The translations under genes and the position numbers were made by a program. Shown piece after piece: positions 1 through 12,139 of a stretch of 45,149 bases of DNA. Position 1 is the stretch's first letter. The number at the start of each line of letters is the position of its first letter. The stretch covers positions 49,696 to 94,844 of the forward strand of contig NW_005434548.1 of NCBI RefSeq assembly GCF_000315625.1, given 5' to 3'. This stretch comes from Guillardia theta CCMP2712. Its lineage: Eukaryota; Protista; Cryptophyta. The notes beneath the pieces were generated by a model that searched no databases, was not told the origin of the DNA, and saw only the letters and a program-made list of their open reading frames with translations.

Positions 1-3000
1 CGCCCAAAGACTGGAAGAGGAGGAGGAGAAAAAGGCGTCTTAGAAATGAAAATGAGTAGAAGGATTTGTTACCTATGGACTGACCCTCCAAGTATAAACA
101 AAACTGCCGAAATGAAGTCATGTCAGGAAATCATGGATGATGAGGAAGTCGAAGAGGGAGTAATGGTGGCATGGAGGGAGAGAGGGAGAAGGAGGGAGGG
201 AGGGAGGGAGAGAGGGAGAAGGAGGGAGACAGGGAGAAGGAGGGAGAGAGGGACAAGGAGGGAGGGAGGGAGGGAGAAGGAGGGAGGGAGCGAGAAGAGA
301 GAGGGAGGGAGGAGAGCAAGATAGCAGGGAGGAGGAGGAGGCTTACCTATCCCTATACTATAGAACAAGCAGGACCAGAGCGTCAGATGTTTAGTGATGA
401 TGAGGAGCTTGAGGTTTACAGCTATCACGAGAGCCTGTAGTATGGCCGTCCCCTGCGGCCCGAGCCCCATTTCCCTCCCCTCCTCCTCCACGATGCTCCC
501 CAGGAACGTCCTGGCGATGACGAAGAAGCAGATGACAGCGTGCAGGATCGCGTGCAGGATCCACTCGGTAAGGACTCTGCCGTTGAAGTCAAGCCGCTGC
601 TGCCCCGAGCTGTAGAGCTGGGGGTAGAGGAGGGAGGAGGAGGAGGAGACGTCTTGCTCCAGCACACCATACGCGATGATGCCCATGGAGGACCAGAAGA
701 TGTTGAAGCCAGCAATCATGAGCGAGTCATACAGGGCTGCGGCAGTGAAGCCGCTGTAGAAGGAGAAGAAGAAGAGTGAGGTGACGAAGAAGCAGTTCTT
801 GTAGAGCGAATAGGCGATCACGACGGCGATCCTCTTGTAGTTGCTCCTCCCATGAACCAGCAGCAGCTTCTCTAGGAACCGGAACTGAGCGATGGCATAG
901 TCCGACGACCGCACTGCCTGCATCCCCTCGTTTCCGCTGATCCCAACGCCCACATGCGCCTCCATGATCATGGGGACGTCGTTGGCCCCGTCCCCGATGG
1001 CGAGAGACAGGGGTCCTCCCTCCTCCCTCCTCATCACCGTCACCACCTGGCGTTTCTGGTCCGGCGACACGCGGCAGGCGATCACGGCCTTACATCCTCG
1101 TGCCACCTCCACGAACTCTCGGAGCAGCGCTGCCTCCTCGCTGCCTCCTCCTCCTCCTCCTCCTCCTCCGTCCTCGTCAGCAGCAGCGAAGATGTGAAGG
1201 AGGGAGGCTCCGTCGACCACCAGTGCCCTCTCCTTCCCTCCCTTGTCCTCCCGCCCCCCCCACGCCTGGCTCAGCCTCTTCACCTCCTCCTTGGCGCGCG
1301 CGAGGGAGTCAACAGAGATCCTCTCGATGTTCATGTTGTCATGCAGAAGGTTGCAGGCGAACCCGATGTTCTCCGCCGTCTCCATCTTGTCCCCAGTCAG
1401 CATCCACATTCTCATCCTCGCCTTCCGCAGCTTCTTGATAGTCGCTGGCACCCCCTCCTGCAGTTTGTCCTCAATCGCCGTCACCCCAACCAGCCTCATC
1501 CCCTGCTCGATCATCTCTGCCGCACGCATCATCTCCTCCTCCCGATCCACCAGCGACGTCGACGCCGCCTTGTACGCCTCGTTCCACTTGCTCCACTGCT
1601 CCTCGCTCAGCCTCCTCTTCCCCAGCACCAGCGTCCTCAGCCCCTCCATGGCGTACCCGTGCAGCACCCGCTCCACTCTCTTCCTCTCCTCCTCCTCCAT
1701 CTTGAGCCTCTCCAACATCACGTTGTCTGCTCCTTTGCACAGCAGGAGGAGCTCCCCGCTCCCCGTGCGGCAGACCACAGACATGCGCTTCCTTGCAGAG
1801 TTGAACTTGTTCACGTTGAGGATCTGAAATCTCTCCTCCTCCCCCGCACGTTCACCACGTGCTCCGTCGCCGTCTTCCCGCAGAAGCAGAAGCCCAGCAC
1901 TTTCGCTGCTGTCACCAGCGCCCCTCATCAGGCGACTCTGCCTTGTAGAGCACGCTAGACGGGTCCTTACTCCCCTCCGGCACCACCGTGTGGCAGACAG
2001 AGAGGAGGAGGAGGAAGTCGCGGATCTCCGCAGCCTCCCTGTGCCCCTCCGCCATCCTCTCGACGATCCTGTAGTCGTCGAACGAGCACTTGGCATCAGG
2101 AAAGATCTGAGCCCTCCGCCTGTCAGCATACTTCTCCTCCTCCCCCTCCCCCCCTTCCCTCCTTTCTCCTCTCCCTCCTCCTCCTCCTCCTCCCTCCCCT
2201 CCCTCCTTTTGCTTGGCAGCAGCGGCAAGCCCGATCTCTGTGGTGCCGAACCCGTAGGAGGAGGAGCCGATGTAGCACTTCCTGAACTCCATCTCGTTCC
2301 TTGTCAGGGTGCCTGTCTTGTCGGTGAAGATCTGCTGGATCTGCCCGAGCTCCTCGTTGAGGTTGGAGGTTCTTGACGTCATCGGCGTGTCTGTCGCCTC
2401 GTGGTACATGTCCAGGTCGTTGTCCATGAGAAACTTCTGCCCGAGCTTTACCAGCTCCCTGCGGTGAAGGTTGGAGGAGGAAGAGGAGGAAGTAGGAGGA
2501 GGAGGAGGAGGAGGAAGTGATGATGATGATGGAGGAGGAGGGAGGAGGGAGGAAGGAGACAGGTGGAGGGAAGGAGAGAGATGGGAGGGGGTGGGGGGGG
2601 AGGGGCTGAGATAGAAGGAAAGAACTCACATGGTGATGTAGAGGGAGATGGGAACGTAGTTGTTGAGGAGGATGAAGTAGGAGAGCCATATCGCAGCTTT
2701 CTCTCCATTGCTCTCGTTCTCCAGGTACGGCATGTACCAGGTTGCGCTGTTCTTTCCACTAGCCCAGATCGCATGTCCGATGGTTCTGAAGGGGAGGAGC
2801 AGGCAGGGAGTCAGAGACCATGGAGGAGACGAGGAGATGGATGGGGGAGGAGGGAGGGAGCACAGTTGGTAGAGGAGAAGAGAGGAGCAAGAGGAGAAAG
2901 CAAGGAGAAGCAAGGAGAGGAGGAGGAGGAGGCGGCAGCAGGTGACGATTGAGAAGGAGGAGCGAGGCCATTGGAGGTGAAATGGCGAATTGAGAAGCAA

Positions 3001-5605
3001 GAAGGGACAGTGGGCAGGAGAAAGGTAGGGAGGAGTGGGCAGGAAGAGGAGGATGGTAGAGGGCGAGCGATAATGAAGGAGGAGGAGCAGGAGAGAGGAG
3101 AGAGGAGAGAGGAGGAGGAGAGAAATCCAGCAGCGTACCCGATGCAGCACATTGCCAGCTCGAACAAGAGGATCCCAGCAAGGATCCTGTTGGTGCTGTG
3201 CTCTACGTTGCTCCTCTTCAGCTTCCCCTTCTTGTTGTTCATCATGATCTTTGTCTGCCTCCCCGCGTACACCACCACTCCGATGACCCACTTGGTGTTT
3301 CGCAGCACGGCCCCCCGCAGGAGCACTGACTCGTTGTCCACTGCGATCTCCTCCTTTCCCATCCTCAGCTTTCCCAGGAAGGTGTAGAGCCGCTGCGAGG
3401 TGACTCAGAGGAGGATGGGGAGGGGGAGGAGATGGTGGTGCTAGTGGAGAGCGAGGCTAGGGAGGTTGTGTGTGGGGAAGAGAGGAGGAGGGAGGAAGGA
3501 GAGAGAAGAAAGAGAGGGAGGGGGGGGGGAGGAAACGAGCAACAGGAAGAAGATGGCAGTCAGTCACTGTGCTGACCTTGTTCGGCGCTTCATACTCGAG
3601 CTCAGCCTTCATCTTCCTCACCGCACTCTCGCCTGCCTGTCCAGGAGGGAAGGCGACGGAGGACTTGAGCTTCAAGTTTGTTTCCCCGTCCAAGTCGCAC
3701 GTGTCGATGTAGCAGGCCCCTCCCTCCTCGCTGGAGCACAGCACCACGACGTCCGCAGGGAGCGGCTCGTCCTTGCCCACCTTGACCATCGTCCCCACCA
3801 CCAACTCCTTCCATGCGCACAGCTCCTCCTCCTCATCCGCCGGCAGCACGTGTGCGTACCTGTTGTTGACCTCCCGGTCGTCCCGATGCCTCGCCGAGTC
3901 CTCCCACACCTCCCTGATCATGTTTGCGCTCACTACAAGCAGCAGGGGCCCAGCGGTGCTGTAGCGGCTGGTGGGGGAGAGGCTGGTGAAGAGCTGGAGG
4001 ATGGAGATGATGAGGAAGTAGATGTTCGCCAGCCTCGAAAACTATAAAGGCAGCAGAGGTCAGTAGCCAGGAGCAGCGAGGAGGAGAGAGGAGAAGTAGC
4101 ACGCACACGAGGCAGCACGGAGAAAGTGAGGTAGGAGGAGGGAGGGAGGGAGGGAGGGAGGGTGGGAGGGAGGGAGGGAGGGGAAAACAAACTGAAGGGA
4201 AGGGAAGCAGTAGGGTTCAAACGAGCAGGAGGAGGAAATGGCAGAGGGGGTTGAGGAGGAGGAAAGAGAGGAGGGGAGAGGATGTATAGAAGCGTGAAGT
4301 TTTACCTGCTCGTAAAGATTGACAGGCAAAAAGTTGTAGAGGTTGTATTTGCTCGTCGCAACCATGTTGTTGAAAATCTTCTTCCCCACCTGCAAGTCCA
4401 CCTTGAGTGTAAGCGACTTCCGGAACAGCAAAGAGAGCAGGGGCAGGAGTAAGAGAAGCAGCAGGAGAAGTAGCAGGAGCAGGAACAGGAGTTGGTGGTG
4501 GAGGAGTAGAAGGAAGAGAGAGCAGGAGGAAGAGTAGAAAAGAGAGGAGGAGGAGGAGGAGGAGGAGGAGGAGGAGGAGGAGGAGGAGGAGGAGGAGGAG
4601 GAGTAGAAGCAGCAGCAGCAGCAGCAGCACCTTAGCATGCTGCTTGCGATATTCCAAGTTCCACTCCTCGTCGTTGATTCGCAGGCACCACGGCTCGCCC
4701 TGCAACCCGTTACAACATCCGTTATAAATACCGCAACGCCGTAACGCACCTCAGACATGCTGTGGCTGGAGAGGCCGTTCTGCGCCCGAGGTTGAGAAAG
4801 CTTGCGATACTTGGTCTCGTCCAATTCCAGATCGGAGAAAGACTCCTGGTCGTCCTCCCGCTCCTGCTGTCCCTTTCCCGACTCACCTTCGTCCGACTCG
4901 CCCTCCTTCATCATCTCAAACTCCACCTCCTCGTCTGAAAGCTCTTCCGATCGGTGCCTGGCGGAGGATTGAGCCGCTGCAGTGGACGCTGCCTTCCCCT
5001 CCCTCCCTCGCTCCGAGAGCTCTCTGGTCAGATCCGCTCTGCACTCTAGCGACGGGCAGACTTTCCAGTCAGCTCTAGCAAGGTGGACGTCAGCAACTTG
5101 AAGCCATACCCTCGATCAGCAAGGAACCTGACGGGAAGGTCACAGCTCCAGCATCTTGACCAGTTCTGCGTCGGGGAGAAATCAATCAGATGCTGGTGAC
5201 TCAGCAAGGCAGGCTGGAACCTGCCACTTAGACAAGTCGAACCGATGAGACCTTGCCCGCTTCCGACTCTCGGAGACTGACAGGACGAGCCTGGAGAGGT
5301 CTTTGCCTGCACGAGAGTTGAGCCACACTTGTGCCGTGCTCTTGCATCTTCAACCTCTGGAGGAAACTTTGTGCTCAGATCGTGTCCTGTCCGTACCAAA
5401 GACTGGCCTGCCGCTCAAAGATCACAAGAAGTTGGAGGAATCATGAGGTAAGAAATGTGAGTAGCTGATTGTTGGGAAATCAAGCCTGAGAAAGAGCTAG
5501 AATGAAAAGGTGAGAATCACGCTATTCTCACCTTCGGGTTTTCCTATCCCTCTTGGTGTGCATGTAGAGGAATGCTTGGTCACCGCCGACATCAGGCCCG
5601 TCCAT
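1..5605 (-). CDS. P4-type ATPase (phospholipid flippase, DRS2/ALA/ATP8-like); multi-exon, 3' end beyond the window
   Basis: Spliced exons (approx. 4750-5074, 4631-4699, 4306-4389, 3577-4041, 3139-3392, 2630-2785, 347-2458, 73-103, 1-10) give [117 protein letters not shown] and [14 protein letters not shown]. Two apparent frameshifts at ~1853 and ~1922. Start codon at ~5605 is tentative. Confidence 0.95.
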
Positions 5606-6383
5606 CGCTTCAGTGCCACTCTCCCGCCTGCAGCTGTTGTTTCCCTCCTCCACTTGCTTCTCTTCTACTGTGCAGGTAGCAAATTCACTCAATGTTACAA
5701 TTAGTTCTCTTCCCCTCTTGTCGACTCCCTGCTGTTGCTGCTCCTCTTACTTCTTCTTCTCTTTCTCCTCCTCCTCCTCCTCCTCCTCCTCCTCCTCCTC
5801 CTCCTCCTCCTCCTCCTCCTCTCGCCATCTCCTACTCCCTGCCCCTTCTCCTCGTTTCTTTCTCCTCTCCCACAGAAATGCACTCACAACAACAATCAAA
5901 ATACCCCCACCCCCTCTTTCACCTCAACGAACCCTCCACCCTAGCATTCACCGTTACTTTCATGATAATGGACCCGTACTTTACCAACGAATCAAATAGC
6001 CAAGTACCCCCACCCCTTCCTGTCCCTCCTAATTTTGATTTGTTTCTTTCGACTCTTCGAAGTACCTTGAGCAACTGAGGCGAGCCCGGTCTGTTTGACC
6101 GGCCGGGCCGCACGGCCCGGCACCGAGTCAGTACGCCGGAAGGCTGTCACCGCTACCGCCGCTCGGCAGGCTGAGCCATGAACGCAGCGGAGGCTCGGAG
6201 GCTTTCCGAGTCGCAGACTCATCGGACCGGCTGTCAGCCGACTGAGCATCGGACTCGGGCGGCTCAGCCTCCGAGCTCAGCCGAGTCATCAGACAGACGG
6301 TCAAGGTTCGGAACTTCCGAAGTTTGGAAGTTCAGAGAGTCCGACCTTCAGTCAGTCTACGGGCACTCGGTGCTGCTGCAAGG

Positions 6384-8178
6384 GTCATGATACTTGTCCG
6401 GCGGAAACTTTGACTGCCAGTCTGAACACAGAGTGTCGCTGCCTGTTTATTAGTTTAGGCTGCCATGATGCGGCGCAGCAGCTGGCGAGCCTGACCGCCT
6501 CCTCACAGAGGCTGACGGTCAGTCCTCCTCACACGACCTGAGTGACACAGGAGCAGCAGGTGGGCTTGGGAGCACTTCTCTTGCTCCGACGAGCTCCAAA
6601 GTTGCTGCAGAGAGGCATCAAGTTCTTCAAGAGGTTCAGGAGCGCGCTCCTCTCCATCACCGAATCCTTGATCCCTCGAGCCCTGCCGGAGTCCACGAAT
6701 GACATGGAGTTGGTCTGCAGACAAGTTAACTATGTCGCACAACCACCACCACCACCACCTCCTCCTCCTCCTCTTCCTTTCCTCCTCCCTCCTCCTCCTC
6801 CATGATCTGGTCGCGCGAAAAGACAGAGAGAGCGGGTTGCCTGTCTCACCTGCTGATAGCCCTGGAGGTAATCCTGCACCTTGCAAGACGAGTTGACGAT
6901 CATGCTGAACTTGTACATCTCTTCTAGAGGGACGGCGTCCTTGTCGACAACACAGTCCACTTGTTGGACCTGCATGTCATTTTCAGCACTCTCCTCTCCT
7001 CTCCTCTCCTCTCCTCTCCTCTCCTCTCCTCTCCTCTCCTCTCCTCTCCTCTCCATCAAGTTGTAGAGTTTGTGAACACCTGATTTGTTGAAACATCAAA
7101 GAATTTGATGCTGAGCACGCGAAAGCGACCGTCGTAGATCTTCTCTTGATGGGATTTGTTCTTAATGTTGTTGATGATCTTCGACTCGATGGAAGAGCCG
7201 TTCAATTGGTCGGTGCTGAACTTGAAGCTCATCTGGCCATGGTAGATGCACTTGGAGCAGCATGAAAGGCACCATATCCAGCAGTATCTACAGATGCAGC
7301 AGCAGTCGCAGCAGCAGCACTCGCACTTACAGTCCTTCGCCATGTTGACGTTGCGGAGGACCTTGAGCCTGTCAGATCGCTCGCACTTCACTCCTCCTGG
7401 TGTGAGGTAGTTGACGGGCACGGAGCTGACCTTGTCCTCAGCCTCTCGCACCCCCAAGTGCGAGTATGAACCAGAGTAAATCCTGCAGCATTGAAAGCAG
7501 CCGCAGCATCCAACGCAAGGGCACGAACACCATGTTGTTCCCTTCAAGGTCTCCTCAGCAGCTGCTTCCCACTTGTAGTTGCTCCAGAGGAAGTAGAGGT
7601 TCTTGTCCGTCAGCAGGACGCTGCCTGACCCAGCAAGCTCTTCCCCTGAGTTGGGGAATCCGATGAAGCCGACAGTAGTCAACTCTGCTATGACAGTCTC
7701 GTTGGAAGGAACGAGATTCCTGAGCATAATGTTGTCCTTGCACGACAGGTTGTTATGTACAGCCTGAGCCAAGTCCTGAGTCGCCATGACTCTCTCAACT
7801 CTCTCTTCTGGGAAATCTTCTTTGAATCTAGGGGTGACGGAGACTTTGGAGCCGTTCTTGCCAGCGATGCTCTCGACGAAAGGTCTCTTGATCCCTCCCT
7901 TGTCGTCGAAGACCTCTCCAGCACCAGCAAGAAGAAGCTCCTTGACTTCCTGCGCTTCACCTTGTCAAGCACGCGCTCTCCCTCTCCAGACTGAAGGGTC
8001 GTACCTGAGGTTGGAAGTAGGTCTTGAAGGTATCGTGCTTCAGCTTCTCTGCTTCCTTTGAGTTCATGGGAACAGCATCAGTGGAATCTTCGAAGACCAG
8101 TTCTCCTGTAAGCATCTTCTTTACAGCCGAGTTGGTTTCTGTGCAAGAGGGAAAGAAATCAGGAACTGCTCGGTGCAT
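6384..8178 (-). CDS. Cysteine-rich hypothetical protein; multi-exon
   Basis: Long clean exon ~7079-7970 (includes ORF 7056..7787) with two Cys clusters (WCSCPCVGCCGCFQCC; CKCECCCCDCCCICRYCWIWCLSCCSKC). Further exons at ~8004-8178, ~6850-6969 and ~6539-6715 have GT-AG ends. Gene ends are uncertain. Confidence 0.65.
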
Positions 8179-8492
8179 TGAAACTTTCTCTTCCTTGCAA
8201 GATCACCGAGATTCCAAGGCTCTCATGCAATCAGAAGATAAAAACAGCAGAGCACATTCAAGGAGTGCGAGCAGGAATGGAAGATAAAGCAGAACGTTCG
8301 TTGGTGATTACAAGTGATTCAGTGCGGGAGTAAGAAGCAACGGGGTTGCGAAGACATGACAAACTTGATGGCAACGAGGAATGGGGGGGGGATGAGGATC
8401 AGTTCAGTGAGAGCATTCAAGGGGCGGTGAGGTTGAGAAAGCAAGAATGTGAGAAGGAGAAGTCAAAAGGGAGGAGGGGACATGAAAGGAAC

Positions 8493-8689
8493 GGGAGAAG
8501 GAGCCATGGAGGGGAGAGGAGAAGGAGCCATGGAGGGGAGAGGAGAAGGAGCCATGGAGGGGAGAGGAGGAGGAGCCATGGAGGGGAGAGGAGAAGGAGC
8601 CATGGAGGGGAAGGGAGAAGGAGCCATGGAGGGGAGAGGAGAAGGAGCCATGGAGGGGAGAGGAGAAGGAGCCATGGAGGGGAGAGGAG
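8493..8689. repeat. 24-bp minisatellite, about 8 copies (GGAGAAGGAGCCATGGAGGGGAGA)
   Basis: Direct tandem units visible in the sequence; they produce the spurious periodic ORFs at 8346-9101. Confidence 0.95.
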
Positions 8690-8869
8690 GTCAACGAGGG
8701 CTCTGATCGCAACCAGAGCTCTGACGGGTCAAATTCAATTCATCCCCACCCCCCACTCCCCCTACCACCACCCCTCCATCCCCTGTCACCCCACCGTTTC
8801 AAATTTTCTGCTGGGCTGGAAGCATGGGGTCTCGAAATCGAGTCTTTTGGTAATTTTACTACAGTACTC

Positions 8870-9530
8870 AACGGTCCGTCTTGCCGCGCGGCCGCATCCC
8901 GCAGAAACTCCGAGGGGTCGCGCTTGGCACTGGGCCCGCGTGCTGGGCCCAAAGGTCACGTCCCCCCGTGCCAAGTCTTGGTCACTGAGTCCGACGGTCA
9001 CCGAGTCACGGTCCCCGCGGCGGCGGGCCCGGGACCCGGGCCCGGGTGCCTCGACACAGCAGCATACTGATAATACTGATTTTTCACTTAACTTTGAGTA
9101 AAAAGATAATGACTGATTTTACTCATCAAGTTACAACGGTAGTGCGACCTACGGCAGCCGCACTTTATTGGCAGTCTCAACACAGACAACACTGACACAA
9201 CTTACACACATCACACGACTCAGTTAGACACACACTGTGACAGGAAGTTCGCACTGCCGCGCCTGCCGCGCAGTGCACAATAGCACATAAGACTCATACA
9301 CACTCACACAACTTGACACAAAGTGGCTCGAAGGCTCTCGAGTCACTGCCAGACTCCTGAGTCGAGAGACTCGTGAGGCCGCAGTGGCTCAACACCGTGG
9401 CACGGAGCCTCGAGGGCCCGGGCCGGGCGACCGCGGCCCCGGCGCACTGTGACTGGCGGCAGCGGCGACTGGCAACAGGTTCGCAGCTCAAGTTCCGGGA
9501 GGTGAGCCAGGCTAGCAGCTGGGCGGTCCA
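8870..9530. promoter_or_regulatory. GC/CCGG-rich intergenic island with an internal AT-rich motif (putative promoter region)
   Basis: CCGG/CGCG-rich non-coding blocks flank an AT-rich element at 9074-9102 that recurs at 15830 and 16128. Confidence 0.4.
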
Positions 9531-9537
9531 GCTGATC

Positions 9538-12103
9538 TCACGAAGTGATCTCCTTTCCCAGCTCGACATCTGAACAGAACCCGGAAGCGTCAGTCACGTG
9601 ACCTGCACGTTGTCGCTCCGTCAAGCTTCTCACCTTGCACCCCCTCGTTGGACACCGTCTTGGGCCCCTTCTGCTCCTCCTCCTTCTCTTCCTGCCTGCT
9701 CTGACCCCTGCTGTGTGAGGGCAAGCTTGTCAGCTGCTGCTGCTGAGAAGGAGGAGGAGGAGGTGATGGTGGTGGTGTAGAGGAGGAAGTGTAGAGCAGG
9801 CAGAGTAGAGGAGGTGGAGGTGGAGAAGATGGAGGATGAGAGGTGGTGGTGGTGGTGGTGGTGGTGCAGGTGGTGGTGGAAGAGGAGCAGGAAGTTGTTA
9901 TACCGGGCCCAGCGCACCGCCAGGAAGGTCAAGCAGAGGACGACGAAGGCGATCAAGAATCCGAAACCAACCCAGGCAGCAGCTGAGATTTTCCTCTTGG
10001 ACTTGTCCGGCTCGTAGAGGTCAGCTGGGGTGTAGCTGACGACCCAGCGGGAGAAGTGATCGGTCTCGACGGAGATGGTGGAGCCATAGACTTTGGAACC
10101 TTTCTGAGAGAATAGGAGTGAGGAGAGGAGGATGAGGAGAAGGAGATGGAGGAGGCGGTGGTGGTGGTGGTGACGGAGTAGGAGTAGGAGTAGGAGTAGG
10201 AGTAGGAGTAGGAGTAGGAGTAGGAGGATAGAGAAGATGGAAGAGGAGGAGAAGGAGTAGGAGGAGGAGGAGGAGGTGGTGGTGGTGGAGGAGGAGGATG
10301 AAGAGGAGGTGGTGGTAGTAGTGAACGGGGAGGAAGAGCATTCAAGTACCTGCTCCTTCCATGTCCTAGTAGCATCGTCGAAGTAGAGCACTTGGAGCTG
10401 GATCGATTTCCCTTGCAGCATCTCGGGGGGAAAAGCGAAGGTGAAGTTGAGGGTGACAGGCTTGAGGAAGCGAGCACCATGGGGGGAGAGTTCGAACAGC
10501 TGCGAGCATGGGGTGCCTTGTGTCTTCCTGCTGAGAAGATAAGGAAGGAGGAGGAGGAGGAGAAGAAGAAGGAGGAGAAGGAGGAGCAGGAGCAGGAGAA
10601 GGAGACAGAGGAGGAGAAGCAGGAGGAGGAGGAGGAGGAGGAGGAGGAGGAACAACGATGTTGGTGCGATGAAGTAAGGCAGCAGCAGTAGCAGTAGCAG
10701 TAGCAGTAGCAGCAGCGCCAACAACATTGACAAGAGAAGGAGGAAGAGGAGGAAGAGAGGGAGGGAGAGAGCAATCTCGTCAACCTGTCCTCTGCTGGAA
10801 CGCTATCGAGCGTGAAGGCCTCGAGCATGATGGTCTCTTGGGAGGACAGCGCGTTGGGAGGGATGACTATCCACTGATGATCCCGAAGAGACACCTGCAG
10901 AAGGCAGTAAATCGAAAGGACCTCCTCCTCCTCCTCCTCCTCCTCTCCCTCCCTCCCTCCCTCCTCTCCCCTCCTCTCCTTTCGTCTCGTCTCATGTCTC
11001 TCTCCTCCTCTCCTCTCCTCTCCCCTGCTGCCACTACCTTTCCGCCCGCGGAGCCTACAACGGCGGAGGAGGCGATGGAAGGCTTGAGGGCAACTTCACA
11101 CTTGGACCCGAAACGACGAGGGAGGCAGGAACATGTTCCCTCCTCTCCCTGCCAGCCTGTCGGCAGGCAAGACTGACAGCTGTCTCAGTAGAGGCTAGGA
11201 AGATGAAGGAGGGTGGAGGTAGATGAGGAGGAGGCAGGCGGGAGGACGAGGAAGAAAGGAGGCGGAGGAGGAAAGGGAAAACATGAAGATGTCAGCAGTG
11301 AGGAGAGAGGAAGAGATGAGATGAGATGAGATGAGATGAGATGGGATGGGATGGGATGAGATGAGATGAGATGAGATGAGATGAGATGAGAGGAGATGAG
11401 AGGAGCAAACAAGCAGCATACCCTGACACTTCCAGTCCTCCGCATGAACTCGTTCTCACACAGTAACAGGCACTTCTCTCCATCCTCTTTCTTCTGCGTG
11501 TGGCAGCTGGACGGGACGTACGACCCCATGGGCTGCTTCGGGAGTGGCAGACAGGAAGCAGGGACGTGCTCGCATCTGTCTCCTGCTCGAGGGGAGGGGC
11601 AGGAGCAGGTGAAACCTTTGCGAGCTCCTGTGTTGACACAAGTGCCTCCGTGCGAGCAGGGGTTGGGGAGACAAGGATGGCAGAAGAAACCTGAGAGGAC
11701 GAAGACAAGTGAGATGGTGATGGTGGTGACGAGGATCAAGATGATGATGATGAGGAGGAGGATCAAGAAGAGGAGGAGGTGGTGGTGGAGATGAAGGTGG
11801 AGGAGTAGAGGAGGAGACAGAGTAGAGCAGCAGAGGAGCAGAGGAGGAGGAGGAGGAGGAGGAGGAGGAGGAGGAAAGGGGGAGGGGGGGGGGAGGCTAA
11901 CCGGCCATGACAAGAAGGTCCTTGTTGACATTCTCACAGTCTAACCTGCATTTGACAAAGAGAAAGACAGAAGTCAAGAGAACAAAATCATCAATGAGAT
12001 GTAGAGGTAGAGAAGATGGCAGAACCGAGCATTAGAAACAACACGATAAAAACAACCAAAAATATAACACCTCATCGTCATCGTCATTGTCTTCTTCATC
12101 ATC

Positions 12104-12139
<36 letters not shown>

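Noticed and set aside
954-1958. 334-aa plus-strand ORF and other antisense ORFs over real genes
   Set aside because: Antisense shadows of GC3-rich coding exons of the flippase, PDZ and ARM genes.
3980-4010. Flippase substrate prediction from the TM1 QL motif
   Set aside because: QL occurs in P4-ATPases with different substrates, so it is not diagnostic.
8346-9101. Repeat protein (RRSHGGE)n or a CRISPR-like array
   Set aside because: Pure tandem 24-mer with no unique spacers, in a eukaryotic context with no cas genes.
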